39,517 bases of DNA from Betaproteobacteria bacterium. GTDB taxonomy: Bacteria > Pseudomonadota > Gammaproteobacteria > Burkholderiales > SG8-41. Location of the stretch: assembly GCA_025360445.1 (NCBI GenBank), contig JANYCE010000273.1, forward strand, positions 1-39,517. Reading direction: 5' to 3'. The translations under genes were made by a program, and so were the position numbers. Below, in pieces: positions 26,667 through 37,472 of the stretch (its first letter is position 1; every line of letters begins with the position of its first letter). The notes under the pieces were generated by a model. It searched no databases. It was not told the origin of the DNA and saw nothing but the letters and a program-made list of their open reading frames with translations.

Positions 26667-27382
26667 TTCGGAATTACGTTGCCGTTTAACCCTAATGCCT
26701 TCAACTTGTCGCGTGCCTTGTCGGCATCGGCCCGCGATCCGAACGGGCCCGCGCGCACGCGCGTTACATTGCCCCTGGCGGTCGGCACTATTTCGGTATA
26801 AGCCTTTACTCCGCTCGCGGTGAGTTGATCGCGCATCTGCTTCGCCTTGTCTGGATCGTTGAGTGCCGCGAGTTGAACCACGTATCCGGCGGCACCTTTT
26901 GCATTCGTTTTTATTTTGGATTTATCAGCCGATATTTCTTTATCGACTTTGGGTTTATCCGCGGGTGTTTTCGTCAACCCCTTGTCTGGCGCCGTCTTCA
27001 GCGGAGGCGATGCTTCAGTATCGTTTGATGCTGCAGGGGCATCATTGGCCGGTTTGGCCGCGGGAACAGCCGTTGCAGTTTTAGGCGCATCGATTCTCGC
27101 ACCAACGCCGTCGGCGGGTCGCTCGGACGGAGCTGGCAAATCAGACTTAACGGCTGGCGAGGATTTTTGAAGTGGTGCGACCGGCGTGATTTTCGACGTG
27201 AATACGCCGGCATCAGGCGACGGGATTTTTATGCTGACATCCTGGCTCACCGGTTTCGGCTCATGATCAAGCACCATTGGCAGAAACACTGCGACGATCG
27301 TCACCAGAGCAATCGCGCCGACCAGTCGGCGGCGCGCGCGTTTCCGGAGCTGCAGTTCTTCGTCGCTTATCGATTTGGGCAT
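26663..27382 (-). CDS. SPOR-domain cell-division protein (DedD-like)
   Basis: 239 aa. N-terminal TM segment (LVGAIALVTIVAVFLPMVL), a Pro/Ala/Lys-rich linker, and a C-terminal SPOR domain (YVVQLAALNDPDKAKQMRDQL..GVKAYTE...RVRAGPFGSRADADKARDKLKALG). Confidence 0.8.
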   Translation of the reverse strand: MPKSISDEELQLRKRARRRLVGAIALVTIVAVFLPMVLDHEPKPVSQDVSIKIPSPDAGVFTSKITPVAPLQKSSPAVKSDLPAPSERPADGVGARIDAPKTATAVPAAKPANDAPAASNDTEASPPLKTAPDKGLTKTPADKPKVDKEISADKSKIKTNAKGAAGYVVQLAALNDPDKAKQMRDQLTASGVKAYTEIVPTARGNVTRVRAGPFGSRADADKARDKLKALGLNGNVIPK

Positions 27383-27394
27383 GGGGGCCGGGAC

Positions 27395-28672
27395 CTAGGT
27401 CTTACGTTGTCGTTCACTCATCACCGCAGCAACTGTAAGAAAGGATCCGAAAACAATAATTTTATCATTATCAGACGCCGATTTACAGGCGGCGTGCCAT
27501 GCCAGGCCGACCTCTGCGAATTGCGCAATCGGCACATTCACCCCCGCACGCGCAAGTTCGCCGGCCATGTATTCGGAACTGGTTGCGCGTGCGCCGACCG
27601 TCCCGGCGACAAACCACTGCGCGATATGCGCCTTGACCGCACTGACCACCCCTCCGACATCTTTATCGTTCAGCATCGCGAATACGGCGAGTGTGCGGCC
27701 GCCGGCCGGCATACTGCTTAGGTTGGCTGCCAACGCCCGCGCCGCATGGGGATTGTGCGCGACATCCAGAATTACGAGCGGCCTTCCTGGCAGCACCTGA
27801 AAGCGCCCCGCCACCTCTGCGTGCAACAGGCCGCTGCGAAAATTTTGCGCGGTCACCGGCAAACGTGCACGCAAGCTATCCAGCACTGTCAGGCAGGCTG
27901 CCGCATTACCGAGTTGAAAAGTGCCGCGCAGGGCCGGATACGGCAGGCCGTAACGTTTGCCGCCTGCCCCCCAATAACGCCATTGCTGCGGCTCGGCGAC
28001 ATAACCAAAGTCACGATCGACAACCGCCAGGTCGGCGCCGATTTTACGGGCGTAAGTGACGAGAGAAACCGGTGGCTCTGCGTCAGCGCACACTGCCGGC
28101 CGCCCCGCCCGGAAAATGCCGGCTTTTTCGTATCCGATCGCCTCGCGCGTGTCGCCAAGATAGTCTTGATGATCGAGATCAACGCTTGCGATGAGCGCGC
28201 AATCGGCATCGAACGCGTTCACCGCATCGAGCCTGCCTCCTAATCCAACTTCGAGTATCGCCACGTCGACGCCGGCCGCGGCAAACGCCACCATCGCGGC
28301 CAGTGTTCCGAACTCGAAATAAGTCAGCGTGGTATCCCCGCGCACACCGTCAATGCGCGCAAACGCCTGGCACAGAACCTCGTCGCTCACTTCACGCCCG
28401 TCTATGTGCACGCGTTCGTTGTAGCGCATCAGATGCGGCGAGGTATAGCAGCCGACGCGATAGCCTGCCTGCAACAAAATGGCTTCGAGCATCGCGCAGC
28501 ACGAGCCCTTGCCGTTGGTGCCGCCGACGGTAATGATCGCAAAGTCCGGCCCGATTGCAAGGGAACGCGCAACCTGGGACACGCGTTCGAGACCCATCGC
28601 GATCGCCGTGGGATGCAACTGCTCGAGATATGCGAGCCACTCCTTAAGCGTCGACGGCGCAGACTTACTCAC
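27395..28672 (-). CDS. folC: Bifunctional folylpolyglutamate synthase / dihydrofolate synthase
   Basis: 425 aa. Motifs: ITVGGTNGKGSCCAMLE (P-loop), YTSPHLMRYNERV, EVGLGGRLDAVN, VAHNPHAA. Confidence 0.93.
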   Translation of the reverse strand: MSKSAPSTLKEWLAYLEQLHPTAIAMGLERVSQVARSLAIGPDFAIITVGGTNGKGSCCAMLEAILLQAGYRVGCYTSPHLMRYNERVHIDGREVSDEVLCQAFARIDGVRGDTTLTYFEFGTLAAMVAFAAAGVDVAILEVGLGGRLDAVNAFDADCALIASVDLDHQDYLGDTREAIGYEKAGIFRAGRPAVCADAEPPVSLVTYARKIGADLAVVDRDFGYVAEPQQWRYWGAGGKRYGLPYPALRGTFQLGNAAACLTVLDSLRARLPVTAQNFRSGLLHAEVAGRFQVLPGRPLVILDVAHNPHAARALAANLSSMPAGGRTLAVFAMLNDKDVGGVVSAVKAHIAQWFVAGTVGARATSSEYMAGELARAGVNVPIAQFAEVGLAWHAACKSASDNDKIIVFGSFLTVAAVMSERQRKT

Positions 28673-28699
28673 GGCAGATGCGGCTGCAGTGACCGTTCG

Positions 28700-29566
28700 T
28701 CAGGCTGCCGCGGGCAGCTTGAGCAGCAGCGTGATTACACTCGCGAGCTTGTCGCGCATTTCGCGCCGGTCGACGATTAAATCGATCGCGCCATGCTGCA
28801 GCAAAAATTCCGAGCGCTGAAAACCTTCGGGCAACGTTTCGCGCACGGTCTGCTCGATTACACGCGGTCCGGCAAATCCGATCAGCGCGTTCGGTTCTGC
28901 AAAAACAACGTCGCCGATCATCGCAAAGCTCGCCGACACGCCGCCCATCGTAGGGTCGGTCAATACCGACACAAAGGGCAGCTTCTCGGCGCCGAGTTGG
29001 GTTAGCGCCGCGCACGTTTTGGCCATTTGCATCAATGACAAAAGTCCTTCCTGCATACGCGCGCCGCCGCTTGCCGTAAAGCACACGAAGGGCAGCTTCT
29101 GCTCCAGGCATACCTGCACGCCGCGCACGAACCGCTCGCCCACCACCGAGCCCATCGAGCCACCGAGAAACTTGAATTCGAACGCCGCGACGACGAGCGG
29201 GATCGTCTTGATGCTGCCTTGCATGACGATCAGCGCGTCGTCTTCCTCGGTGTCCTTGCGCGCCTGGTCCAACCGTTCGGTATAGCGCCGGCTATCTTTA
29301 AACTTTAACGTGTCGATCGGCAGGACTTCATAGCCGATTTCGAAACGGCCCTCCGAATCGAGCAGCGAATCGAGACGCTCGCGCGCCGACAGCCGATTGT
29401 GATGATTGCACTTGGGACAAACGTAGAGGTTTTTTTCGAGATCTGTGCGATAGAGCACCGCTTCGCAAGTGTCGCACTTGCTCCACAGGCCCTCCGGGAC
29501 GTTTTTCTTGGGGCTGCCGCCGTCGCGATTTATCTTTGGCGGCAACAGCTTTTTCAACCAACTCAT
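28700..29566 (-). CDS. accD: Acetyl-CoA carboxylase carboxyltransferase beta subunit
   Basis: 288 aa. N-terminal zinc ribbon (CDTCEAVLY...CPKCNHH) and carboxyltransferase motifs ([21 protein letters not shown]). Confidence 0.97.
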   Translation of the reverse strand: MSWLKKLLPPKINRDGGSPKKNVPEGLWSKCDTCEAVLYRTDLEKNLYVCPKCNHHNRLSARERLDSLLDSEGRFEIGYEVLPIDTLKFKDSRRYTERLDQARKDTEEDDALIVMQGSIKTIPLVVAAFEFKFLGGSMGSVVGERFVRGVQVCLEQKLPFVCFTASGGARMQEGLLSLMQMAKTCAALTQLGAEKLPFVSVLTDPTMGGVSASFAMIGDVVFAEPNALIGFAGPRVIEQTVRETLPEGFQRSEFLLQHGAIDLIVDRREMRDKLASVITLLLKLPAAA

Positions 29567-29660
29567 GGCGTCATCCTCTCAAGACAGCTCTGCGTGCATG
29601 AATCAAAGGCTGCCTCTGCTGCAACACTTCTTAGTGGGCGCCAACCACTGTTTTCATTTT

Positions 29661-30461
29661 CTATCGGCGGTCGAGGGCACTGCGAATGTCGCGAACCAGT
29701 CTGGAGACATTGTCCAGTACGTCTTCGCGCGAACTTGATTCGATTTCCTGCACCAGCCGGCTGCCGATGACGACCGCATCGGCGATCTCGGCAACGGCGC
29801 GCGCAGTCTGCGCATCGCGTATTCCGAAACCAACGCCGATGGGCAGCTGGATATGCGCGCGGATGTCGGGAAGTTTTTTTGCCACATCTGCGACGTCGAG
29901 GTTTGCCGCCCCGGTGACGCCGCGCAGTGAAACGTAATAAACGTAGCCCCGCGCGTAGCGCGCAACTTCCTTGATGCGCAATTCGGTGGAGGTCGGCGAC
30001 AGCAGAAAAATCGCATCGATTTTGCGCTGATCAAGCAATCCAGCGAATCGCGCGGCTTCCTGCGGCGGGTAATCGACGACCAGCACGCCGTCAACACCGG
30101 CGGAAAGTGCGGCATCTGCAAATTCTTCGTAACCCATCGCCTCGATCGGATTCGCATAGCCCATGAGCACGACCGGTGTCGCGCCGTTGGTCTCGCGGAA
30201 CTCGGTGACGAAACCAAGCACAGTCCTTAGCGAGACACCCTGCTTTAACGCGCGTTCGCTGGCGCGCTGGATCGTCGGCCCATCGGCCATCGGGTCCGAA
30301 AACGGAACGCCGAGTTCAATCACGTCGGCGCCCGCGTTCGCCAGCGCGTGCATGAGCGGGACTGCGAGCGCAGGCTCGGGATCTCCGGCCGTGATAAAGG
30401 GGATCAGTGCCTTGCGGTTGCTCTGCTTTAATGCGGCGAAGGTAGTGGCGATTCTCGACAT
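29661..30461 (-). CDS. trpA: Tryptophan synthase alpha chain
   Basis: 266 aa. Motifs: [62 protein letters not shown]. Confidence 0.97.
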   Translation of the reverse strand: MSRIATTFAALKQSNRKALIPFITAGDPEPALAVPLMHALANAGADVIELGVPFSDPMADGPTIQRASERALKQGVSLRTVLGFVTEFRETNGATPVVLMGYANPIEAMGYEEFADAALSAGVDGVLVVDYPPQEAARFAGLLDQRKIDAIFLLSPTSTELRIKEVARYARGYVYYVSLRGVTGAANLDVADVAKKLPDIRAHIQLPIGVGFGIRDAQTARAVAEIADAVVIGSRLVQEIESSSREDVLDNVSRLVRDIRSALDRR

Positions 30462-30466
30462 CGCGG

Positions 30467-31666
30467 CTAAAATTTCAGGCCGGATTTCTCGGCCACTGTA
30501 TGCATATCCTTATCACCGCGCCCCGACAAATTTACGAGAAGAATCTGGTCAGCCTTCATGCGCGGCGCCATCTTCGCCGCATACGCAAGTGCATGACTCG
30601 ATTCAAGCGCAGGGATAATGCCTTCGAGCCTGCATAAGTCATGAAACGCGGCGAGTGCTTCATCGTCGGTTACCGCCACGTATTCGGCACGCCCACAGTC
30701 TTTTAACCATGAGTGTTCGGGGCCGACGCCGGGATAATCCAGCCCTGCCGAAATTGAATGCGTCTCGATGATCTGGCCGTTGTCGTCCTGCATCAAATAT
30801 GTTCGATTGCCGTGCAAGACGCCAGGCCTGCCTGCGCACAGCGTCGCTGCATGCTTGCCGGTTTCGAGTCCATGGCCTGCGGCCTCGACGCCGACCAGCC
30901 GGACTTTCTCGTCCGTGATGTACGGGTAAAAAAGACCCATCGCATTGGAGCCGCCACCGACGCATGCGAGCACCGCGTCAGGCTGGCGGCCAACCATCTC
31001 CAGCATTTGCGTCCGCGCTTCAATGCCAATCACTGATTGAAAGTCACGCACCATCATTGGATACGGATGCGGGCCGGCGACGGTGCCGATTATGTAAAAA
31101 GTGTCGCTGACGTTGGTCACCCAGTCACGCATCGCCTCATTCAAAGCGTCTTTGAGCGTCTTCGAGCCGGATTCAACGGGTACGACTTCCGCCCCAAGGA
31201 GCTTCATGCGATAAACGTTTTGCGCCTGCCGCTTGATGTCCGCCGACCCCATATACACAACGCACTTCATTCCATATCGTGCGGCGACGGTCGCGGTCGC
31301 GACTCCATGTTGGCCTGCACCGGTCTCAGCGATTACGCGCGGCTTGCCCATGCGTTTGGCCAGCAATGCCTGGCCAACGGTGTTGTTAATTTTATGCGCG
31401 CCCGTATGGTTGAGATCCTCGCGTTTGAGGTAGACCTGAGCCCCGCCAAAATGCTCCGACCAGCGCTTGGCGTGATAAACCGGGCTCGGCCGGCCAACGT
31501 AATGCTTTAGTTCATACTCAAACTCTGCGCGGAACGCCGGATCGTGACGATAACGCTCGTATTCAGCCTTCAGCTGATCGAGCGCCTCAATCAAAGTTTC
31601 TGCCACGAACACGCCGCCATACTGGCCGAAGTGACCCGTTTCGTCAGGCAAGTCGTACATCTGCAC
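30467..31666 (-). CDS. trpB: Tryptophan synthase beta chain
   Basis: 399 aa. Motifs: [35 protein letters not shown] (PLP lysine), [18 protein letters not shown]. Confidence 0.98.
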   Translation of the reverse strand: MQMYDLPDETGHFGQYGGVFVAETLIEALDQLKAEYERYRHDPAFRAEFEYELKHYVGRPSPVYHAKRWSEHFGGAQVYLKREDLNHTGAHKINNTVGQALLAKRMGKPRVIAETGAGQHGVATATVAARYGMKCVVYMGSADIKRQAQNVYRMKLLGAEVVPVESGSKTLKDALNEAMRDWVTNVSDTFYIIGTVAGPHPYPMMVRDFQSVIGIEARTQMLEMVGRQPDAVLACVGGGSNAMGLFYPYITDEKVRLVGVEAAGHGLETGKHAATLCAGRPGVLHGNRTYLMQDDNGQIIETHSISAGLDYPGVGPEHSWLKDCGRAEYVAVTDDEALAAFHDLCRLEGIIPALESSHALAYAAKMAPRMKADQILLVNLSGRGDKDMHTVAEKSGLKF

Positions 31667-32273
31667 TGCGTACCTCGTTCATGAATGCCGCGATTTTTTG
31701 CGGGTCTTTAATGCCGGGGCCCGTCTCGACGCCCGAACTCACATCGACTGCCCACGGTGAGACACGGCGTACCGCATCACCTACATTGGCGGGATCAAGA
31801 CCACCCGATAAAATAACCGGTAACTTCAGGTTCGACGGTATCAGACTCCAGTCGAACGATATGCCAGTACCGCCGTGCGCGCCGTCAACAAACGCGTCGA
31901 GCACCAACCCGCGCGCGCCCTCATATCGGTGCGAGTATTGTATCAAATCGAGCCCCGCTTTGACGCGCGCTGCCTTGAGATAAGGCAGTGCAAACCGACC
32001 ACAAAAATCGGGCGTCTCTTCGCCATGAAACTGCAGCAGATCGAGCCGTACATCGCGTAGAACATCCTCCACTTCGCGGTTGCTTGGATTAACAAACAAG
32101 CCGACTGCGGTGATAAACGGCGGCAGCGCATTCACAATTTCTCGAGCTGAAGCAGCCGTAACATTGCGCGGACTTTTTGCGTAGAAAATAAATCCGACCG
32201 CCTGCGCACCGAAACGCGCCGCCGCCGCCGCATCAGCGTGGCGTGTGATGCCGCAAATTTTGACTGCTGTCAC
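31644..32273 (-). CDS. trpF: N-(5'-phosphoribosyl)anthranilate isomerase
   Basis: The GTG at 32273 ([11 protein letters not shown]..) follows AAGGGA and overlaps the truA TGA as GTGA. Motifs: [19 protein letters not shown]. The longer ORF to 32333 would overlap truA by 64 nt. Confidence 0.9.
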   Translation of the reverse strand: MTAVKICGITRHADAAAAARFGAQAVGFIFYAKSPRNVTAASAREIVNALPPFITAVGLFVNPSNREVEDVLRDVRLDLLQFHGEETPDFCGRFALPYLKAARVKAGLDLIQYSHRYEGARGLVLDAFVDGAHGGTGISFDWSLIPSNLKLPVILSGGLDPANVGDAVRRVSPWAVDVSSGVETGPGIKDPQKIAAFMNEVRSADVRLA

Positions 32274-33070
32274 AATATGTCCCTTCGATCCTCTTCGAAC
32301 CACGCTCGACGCGCTGGCAGCGGCAGGCGCCATTTCGCATCATAGCTGACGTGCGCGAGATACAAACCGGCCGGGTCGAAGGTGGGGGCGGCAAGCGCAC
32401 GGTTGCGGCTTGCCAGCACTTCACCGACCCTTGGCGGCGCGTAGCTCCCTTTTCCTGCATATACGAGGCACCCCACGATATTACGCACCATGTGATGCAA
32501 GAACGCGTTAGCGGCGAGATCGAACACGACGAATTCGCCGCTCACGCGGATCGTAAGCCGTCGCAGTTCGCGCACCGGGGACTTCGCCTGGCAGTCAGAC
32601 GAACGAAATGCGCTGAAATCATGCTCGCCGATCAGAAACTTTGCCGCCTCCTGCATGCGGGCCAAGTCGAGCGGTGCATGGAACCAGCCGGTGCGCCCTT
32701 GATTGAGCGCGGGCCGCACCGGATGGTTTAACAGCACATAGCGATAGCAACGCTCGAGCGCAGAATATCTCGCACTAAATTCTTCGGGCACCGGACGCAT
32801 CCAGGTAACCGCAGCCCCGACAGGCAGCAGCGAATTGACGCCGCGCGTCCATGCGGTGTCGGGGCGGACGGCGGTCGTTTCGAAATGGACCACTTGTGCA
32901 AGTGCGTGCACGCCGGCGTCGGTGCGACCCGCGCAAATTGTGGACACGTTCTCGCTTGCAATTTCACTGAGCGCGCGCTCAAGTGCATCCTGCACACCGC
33001 AGCCTGCAGGCTGAGTTTGCCAACCGCAGAAGGGTCCGCCGTGGTACTCGATGCCGAGGGCGATTTTCAT
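32270..33070 (-). CDS. truA: tRNA pseudouridine(38-40) synthase TruA
   Basis: 266 aa. Motifs: MKIALGIEYHGGPFCGWQTQ, CAGRTDAGVHA (catalytic Asp), FLHHMVRNIVG. Confidence 0.96.
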   Translation of the reverse strand: MKIALGIEYHGGPFCGWQTQPAGCGVQDALERALSEIASENVSTICAGRTDAGVHALAQVVHFETTAVRPDTAWTRGVNSLLPVGAAVTWMRPVPEEFSARYSALERCYRYVLLNHPVRPALNQGRTGWFHAPLDLARMQEAAKFLIGEHDFSAFRSSDCQAKSPVRELRRLTIRVSGEFVVFDLAANAFLHHMVRNIVGCLVYAGKGSYAPPRVGEVLASRNRALAAPTFDPAGLYLAHVSYDAKWRLPLPARRAWFEEDRRDIL

Positions 33071-33087
33071 CGCGATAATTAAGCTCC

Positions 33088-33120
33088 AAAAAAAACTGGC
33101 TGCACTCAGAGTGCAACCAG
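33088..33120 (-). terminator. Rho-independent terminator after fimV (minus strand)
   Basis: On the minus strand, CTGGTTGCAC-TCTGA-GTGCAGCCAG forms a 10-bp stem with one mismatch, followed by T8 (plus-strand A-run at 33088-33095). It lies 70 nt after the fimV stop and 18 nt before the truA ATG. Confidence 0.6.
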
Positions 33121-33190
33121 TTTATACAGGTCGGCCAAGCGCCGCGGCGCACTACGCGCCGCTCCTGAAAATCACAAGCGCACCCAAGTT

Positions 33191-36151
33191 CTAGGCGAGC
33201 GACTCGAGCAACTGCTTCGCTTCCGCTTGCTGCGCGGTATCGCCTTCTTTAGTCACTTCCTGCAGTATTTCGCGCGCGCCGTCGTTGTCGCCCATTTCTT
33301 GATACGCTTTTGCAAGATCGAATTTCGTTTGCACATCATACCAATGGTCGTCTTTACCGCTGGCCACAGCGGGCGCGGCGGCGTGGCCGGCGGGCGCCTC
33401 ATCGAGGTTCAAACTTATGTCATCAAGCGCGATGTCCGGGATTGCGTTTGGAGCGCGGGCCGCGTCGACACCAGTCACCAGCGGTGCGTCGTCATCGAGG
33501 TCGAGCTTGAATCCAGGATCGAGCTGCACAACCGAGCTGGTGCCCAATGGCACCGGCACATCGGAAGCGATATCAAAATCGATATCCAGTCCTGCAGCCT
33601 TCACCTGATTTTGCGGCGTAATGACTATGGTAGCGTCATGATTAAAGTCCGGCGTGACCACAGCGGGCGCATCGAAATTGAAATCGATTACGCCTGCCAT
33701 CGGTCCCACTGCAGAGTCGGCGGTCACGTTTGTTTTGACAAGTTCGTCTGCGGGCGAATCGAAGTTCAAGTCAGGCGTAGCCGCTTCTGCGCCAGCGGCG
33801 GGCGCATCCAGCGTGAAGTCGGGCGCTACGTTCGAATCGGCGTGGCGCGCGTTCGCCGTCACGGAGTCGTGTGTAACATCCTGCGTCGCAGTCACATCCT
33901 CCAACTCGACCGCCATGGCGGCAAGCTCCCCGGGCTTAAGGATCATTGTTCTCTCGCCGCTATCCAGCGGCACATCAGTCGTGGCGGGGCTTGAACCCGG
34001 CGACAACTCGAGGTCGAAATCAAGATCGGTGCTGGCGAAACCGCTGCCTGTAACGACCGGCGAGACCTCGATGGGCACTGACTTGCCGGCTTCATATAGC
34101 GAGTTTTGCGGGTCGAATGCATAACCCATCGCCGCCGCTTTAAGCCATACGTCGCCGAAGCCTGAAGTTTGCGCGTTCAAGGTCTTGGCGACTTTTTCAA
34201 ACTCGGCTTTATCTTTGCGCGCCGCATAAATCTGCAACAACTTTAGTTCGGCTTCTTCGTGTTGCGGATTTTTCTGTAGCGCTTCTTTCAATACTTCTTC
34301 GGCCTGCGCGTCGCGACCAAAATTAAGATACAAATCTGCTTCCGCCAGCGGATCAACGTCGTCGCCGCCGTCTATCGTGCCGAGCACGCGCGGAGCAACC
34401 AATACTGAGTTGGCGGCGGATGCGCCAGCGAGGGTCGGCGCTTTTTTCGAGCCTGCGGCGATGTCATCGTTTTGCATGCCCGCGCGTCTCCGGCGACCTA
34501 ACCACCACGCGCCGCCGCCGAGCACGACGAGTCCGCCCAGCCCGCCTGCCAGGTATATCGGATCAGTAACGGCAGCTATGATTTGATCAACCAGGCTTGG
34601 CTCCGCTACGGGTGGAGGCGGTGGTGTGACTTTCGGCTTCGCCTGCACAGCTTTCGGCGCTTCGGCTTTCGGCAACTCGGCTTGGGGGGCTTCGCCTTTG
34701 GGGGGCTCTGCCACAGTGGCAGGGGCTTTGACTTCGGCTGCAGCCTTGGCATCTGCAGGGCCTTTGGCATCGATCAGCGCCTTAGTGTCTATGGGACTCT
34801 TAGCATCTGATTTTGGTGGGTCAACGAGGGCCTTTGCCGCATCTTTGGCCGGCTCGATCTTGGCGGGCTCTACTTTGGCAGGCGGTACTGCTGTGGCCGA
34901 TTCACCCTTCGCGACCTGATCGGCCTTCGCGGGCGGCGCGACTCCAGCGGGCGCTTTAACGCCGGGTATTGCGACCCCTTTGATTTCAAGCAGGCGTTGC
35001 ATATCCTTAATGTTTTTCTCGAGCTGCGCGACGCGCTCATTCGCTTCAGTCAGCGATTTATCTTTCGCGACCGCGTCCTCTTCGAGCATCCGCACACGGT
35101 CTTTGGCCGACGCGGTTTTTCCCGTGGCCGCTTTGCCGGCTGACGGCGAATCGCCCTTGGACAGCTTCAACACTTCTTTAGGCGCGTCTTTGGCGGCTGC
35201 TTTATCTTCGACCGCGGTCGTAATTCTCCCGCTCGACGCTGACTTCGCCGTCTCCTGAACCGGCGCGGCCCCTGCTGCCTCAGCAAGCTTCAAACGATAC
35301 GCGTTCCAGTTGGACGACTGGACGCGGACCTCTTTGGCGGCTTCAGGCGTGGGCGTCTCCGCAATGCGATCTTTTTCGGGCACGCGCAAAATCGTGCCGG
35401 TCTTAAGACGATTCATATTGCCGGCGAAGGCGTCAGTGTTATTGCGATACAGACTTACCAGCATTTGATCGAGCGTCACGCCTTCAGGCTTCACGCCTGC
35501 TGCGATTTTGGCGAGAGTGTCGCCCCGCTTTACTGCGTATTCGCTGGCAACAGATCCGCTCGGCGCTGGGGTGCTTGCCACGGGGCCTCGCGCCGACGCG
35601 CGCGCGGGCGGGGCAATCGGCTTTTGCGGTTGGGCGCTGGAGGCGAGGGGATTAGCGGCGCCGGTCACTGGTAAAGGTGTCGCCGTGGAGACAACGGGCG
35701 GTGCGATCGGTGCGGCCAACAGGACAGGCGGCGTGGTCGGGACCGGTGTGTAGCCGGGCGGATCCAGGAGCGCTGTGTACTCACGCAGCAATCGCCCCTG
35801 CGCCCATGTCAATTCAATCAAGACCGCGAGAAAAGGGTCATTAATCGAGCGCGTCGAAACGATTTTGATATAAGGGCTGCCGTTAGCGCGCCGCTCGATG
35901 GTCATGCGCACGCCGATTAATGCCGGGCTGTACTGCATGTTCGCCTGCTGGAATGCGTCAGGCGATGCAATACGCGCCGCCAGCGTGCTCAACTCTTCCT
36001 TCTGCACTGAAACCAGGTCGACTTCAGCCGACAGTGGCTGGCCGAGTGAGGAGAGAATGGTCAGTTTGCCCAAGCCGGCAGCGGTAGCAACCCACGGGCA
36101 CAGCAGGAAAATCCCGGCCCATAACAATGTTTTAAATGGGAATTTACGCAC
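33191..36151 (-). CDS. fimV: FimV/HubP-family peptidoglycan-binding polar scaffold protein
   Basis: Signal peptide from GTG 36151 (VRKFPFKTLLWAGIFLLCPWVATAAG). N-terminal FimV motif (LGKLTILSSLGQPLSAEVDL). LysM domain (YAVKRGDTLAKIAAGV...RLKTGTILRVP). Coiled coil, then a central TM segment (IYLAGGLGGLVVLGGGAWWLGRRRR). Acidic repeats and the C-terminal FimV motif (WYDVQTKFDLAKAYQEMGDNDGAREILQEV). The ORF maximum extends to 36310, and an alternative ATG lies at 36193. Confidence 0.88.
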   Translation of the reverse strand: MRKFPFKTLLWAGIFLLCPWVATAAGLGKLTILSSLGQPLSAEVDLVSVQKEELSTLAARIASPDAFQQANMQYSPALIGVRMTIERRANGSPYIKIVSTRSINDPFLAVLIELTWAQGRLLREYTALLDPPGYTPVPTTPPVLLAAPIAPPVVSTATPLPVTGAANPLASSAQPQKPIAPPARASARGPVASTPAPSGSVASEYAVKRGDTLAKIAAGVKPEGVTLDQMLVSLYRNNTDAFAGNMNRLKTGTILRVPEKDRIAETPTPEAAKEVRVQSSNWNAYRLKLAEAAGAAPVQETAKSASSGRITTAVEDKAAAKDAPKEVLKLSKGDSPSAGKAATGKTASAKDRVRMLEEDAVAKDKSLTEANERVAQLEKNIKDMQRLLEIKGVAIPGVKAPAGVAPPAKADQVAKGESATAVPPAKVEPAKIEPAKDAAKALVDPPKSDAKSPIDTKALIDAKGPADAKAAAEVKAPATVAEPPKGEAPQAELPKAEAPKAVQAKPKVTPPPPPVAEPSLVDQIIAAVTDPIYLAGGLGGLVVLGGGAWWLGRRRRAGMQNDDIAAGSKKAPTLAGASAANSVLVAPRVLGTIDGGDDVDPLAEADLYLNFGRDAQAEEVLKEALQKNPQHEEAELKLLQIYAARKDKAEFEKVAKTLNAQTSGFGDVWLKAAAMGYAFDPQNSLYEAGKSVPIEVSPVVTGSGFASTDLDFDLELSPGSSPATTDVPLDSGERTMILKPGELAAMAVELEDVTATQDVTHDSVTANARHADSNVAPDFTLDAPAAGAEAATPDLNFDSPADELVKTNVTADSAVGPMAGVIDFNFDAPAVVTPDFNHDATIVITPQNQVKAAGLDIDFDIASDVPVPLGTSSVVQLDPGFKLDLDDDAPLVTGVDAARAPNAIPDIALDDISLNLDEAPAGHAAAPAVASGKDDHWYDVQTKFDLAKAYQEMGDNDGAREILQEVTKEGDTAQQAEAKQLLESLA

Positions 36152-36344
36152 AGCCCCGCCTGTTGTTATTTTAAGCAACAAGTAAATTAACATCAAATAG
36201 TTAGGGTTGCAAGCTAACCCTGCCTCTAACGTAACGATTCTATCAACACGCGAACAATGACTATTTTGCCGCAGGCCCTTACTCGCGCCCCAGGCACGAG
36301 CGCCTTGCACCGCACCGTGCGTGACTTACATCAGCGCCGCGGAA

Positions 36345-37472
36345 TTAACGCTCCAAGAGGATCCTCAACATTCGCCGCAGGGGTTCGGCAGCGCCCCAGA
36401 GTAACTGGTCGCCGACCGTAAACGCCGATAAGTACTCGGCGCCCATCGCGAGCTTGCGCAAGCGGCCGACCGGAATGTGCAGTTGCCCGGTGACCGCAGC
36501 CGGCGTCAATTCGCGCTCCGACCGCTCGCGTTCATTGGGCACTACGCGCACCCACGGGTTTGCGGATGCAACGATGTCCGCAATCTCGTCGACCGGAACA
36601 TCCTGTTTCAGCTTGATAGTCAGCGCCTGGCTATGGCAACGCATCGCCCCCACGCGCACACACAAACTCTCGACGACCGTTGCGGGCTTGCTGAAGGCCG
36701 CGCCACGCCCCAGAATTTTGTTCGTCTCGACGCCGCCTTTCCACTCTTCGAGCGACATGCCGTTGCCCATGTCCTGATCTATCCACGGAATCAAATTACC
36801 CGCCAGCGGCACGCCCCGGAAGTTTTCCATCGGCAACGAACTATCGGTTTGCTTCGCATGAACCCGCCGATCGATTTCGAGAATTGCGGAGGCGGGGTCG
36901 GCGAGCAGCTCTTTGACGTCGGCGTGCACCAGGCCAAACTGCGTCAGCAGTTCTCGCATATGCTGCGCGCCGCCGCCTGAGGCCGCCTGATAAGTCATGC
37001 ACGTCATCCACTCGACGAGATCGTGCTGGAACAAGCCGTGCAGCCCCATCAGCATGCAACTTACGGTGCAGTTGCCGCCGATGTAATTGCGAATACCTTG
37101 CTTCAACGCAGTCTGAATTACCGCGCGATTGACCGGATCCAGAATAATGACAGCGTCATCGTTCATTCGCAGCGTTTTGGCGGCGTCGATCCAATAGCCC
37201 TGCCAGCCGGCAGCGCGCAATTGCGGATAAATTGCAGTCGTGTAATCGCTGCCCTGGCACGTGATGATCACGTCCATCAATTTCAACGCTTTGATCGAAC
37301 CGGCATCCTCGAGCGGCGCCGTCTCCCGCCCGATAGACGGCCCTTTGCCGCCGACCTGCGACGTGGTGAAAAAGACCGGTTCGATATGGTCGAAATCGCG
37401 CTCGGCCTGCATGCGCTGCATCAGCACCGAGCCGACCATCCCGCGCCATCCGACAAAACCTGTTCGCATCAT
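36345..37472 (-). CDS. asd: Aspartate-semialdehyde dehydrogenase
   Basis: 375 aa. Motifs: [28 protein letters not shown] (active-site Cys), [15 protein letters not shown]. Confidence 0.96.
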   Translation of the reverse strand: MMRTGFVGWRGMVGSVLMQRMQAERDFDHIEPVFFTTSQVGGKGPSIGRETAPLEDAGSIKALKLMDVIITCQGSDYTTAIYPQLRAAGWQGYWIDAAKTLRMNDDAVIILDPVNRAVIQTALKQGIRNYIGGNCTVSCMLMGLHGLFQHDLVEWMTCMTYQAASGGGAQHMRELLTQFGLVHADVKELLADPASAILEIDRRVHAKQTDSSLPMENFRGVPLAGNLIPWIDQDMGNGMSLEEWKGGVETNKILGRGAAFSKPATVVESLCVRVGAMRCHSQALTIKLKQDVPVDEIADIVASANPWVRVVPNERERSERELTPAAVTGQLHIPVGRLRKLAMGAEYLSAFTVGDQLLWGAAEPLRRMLRILLER

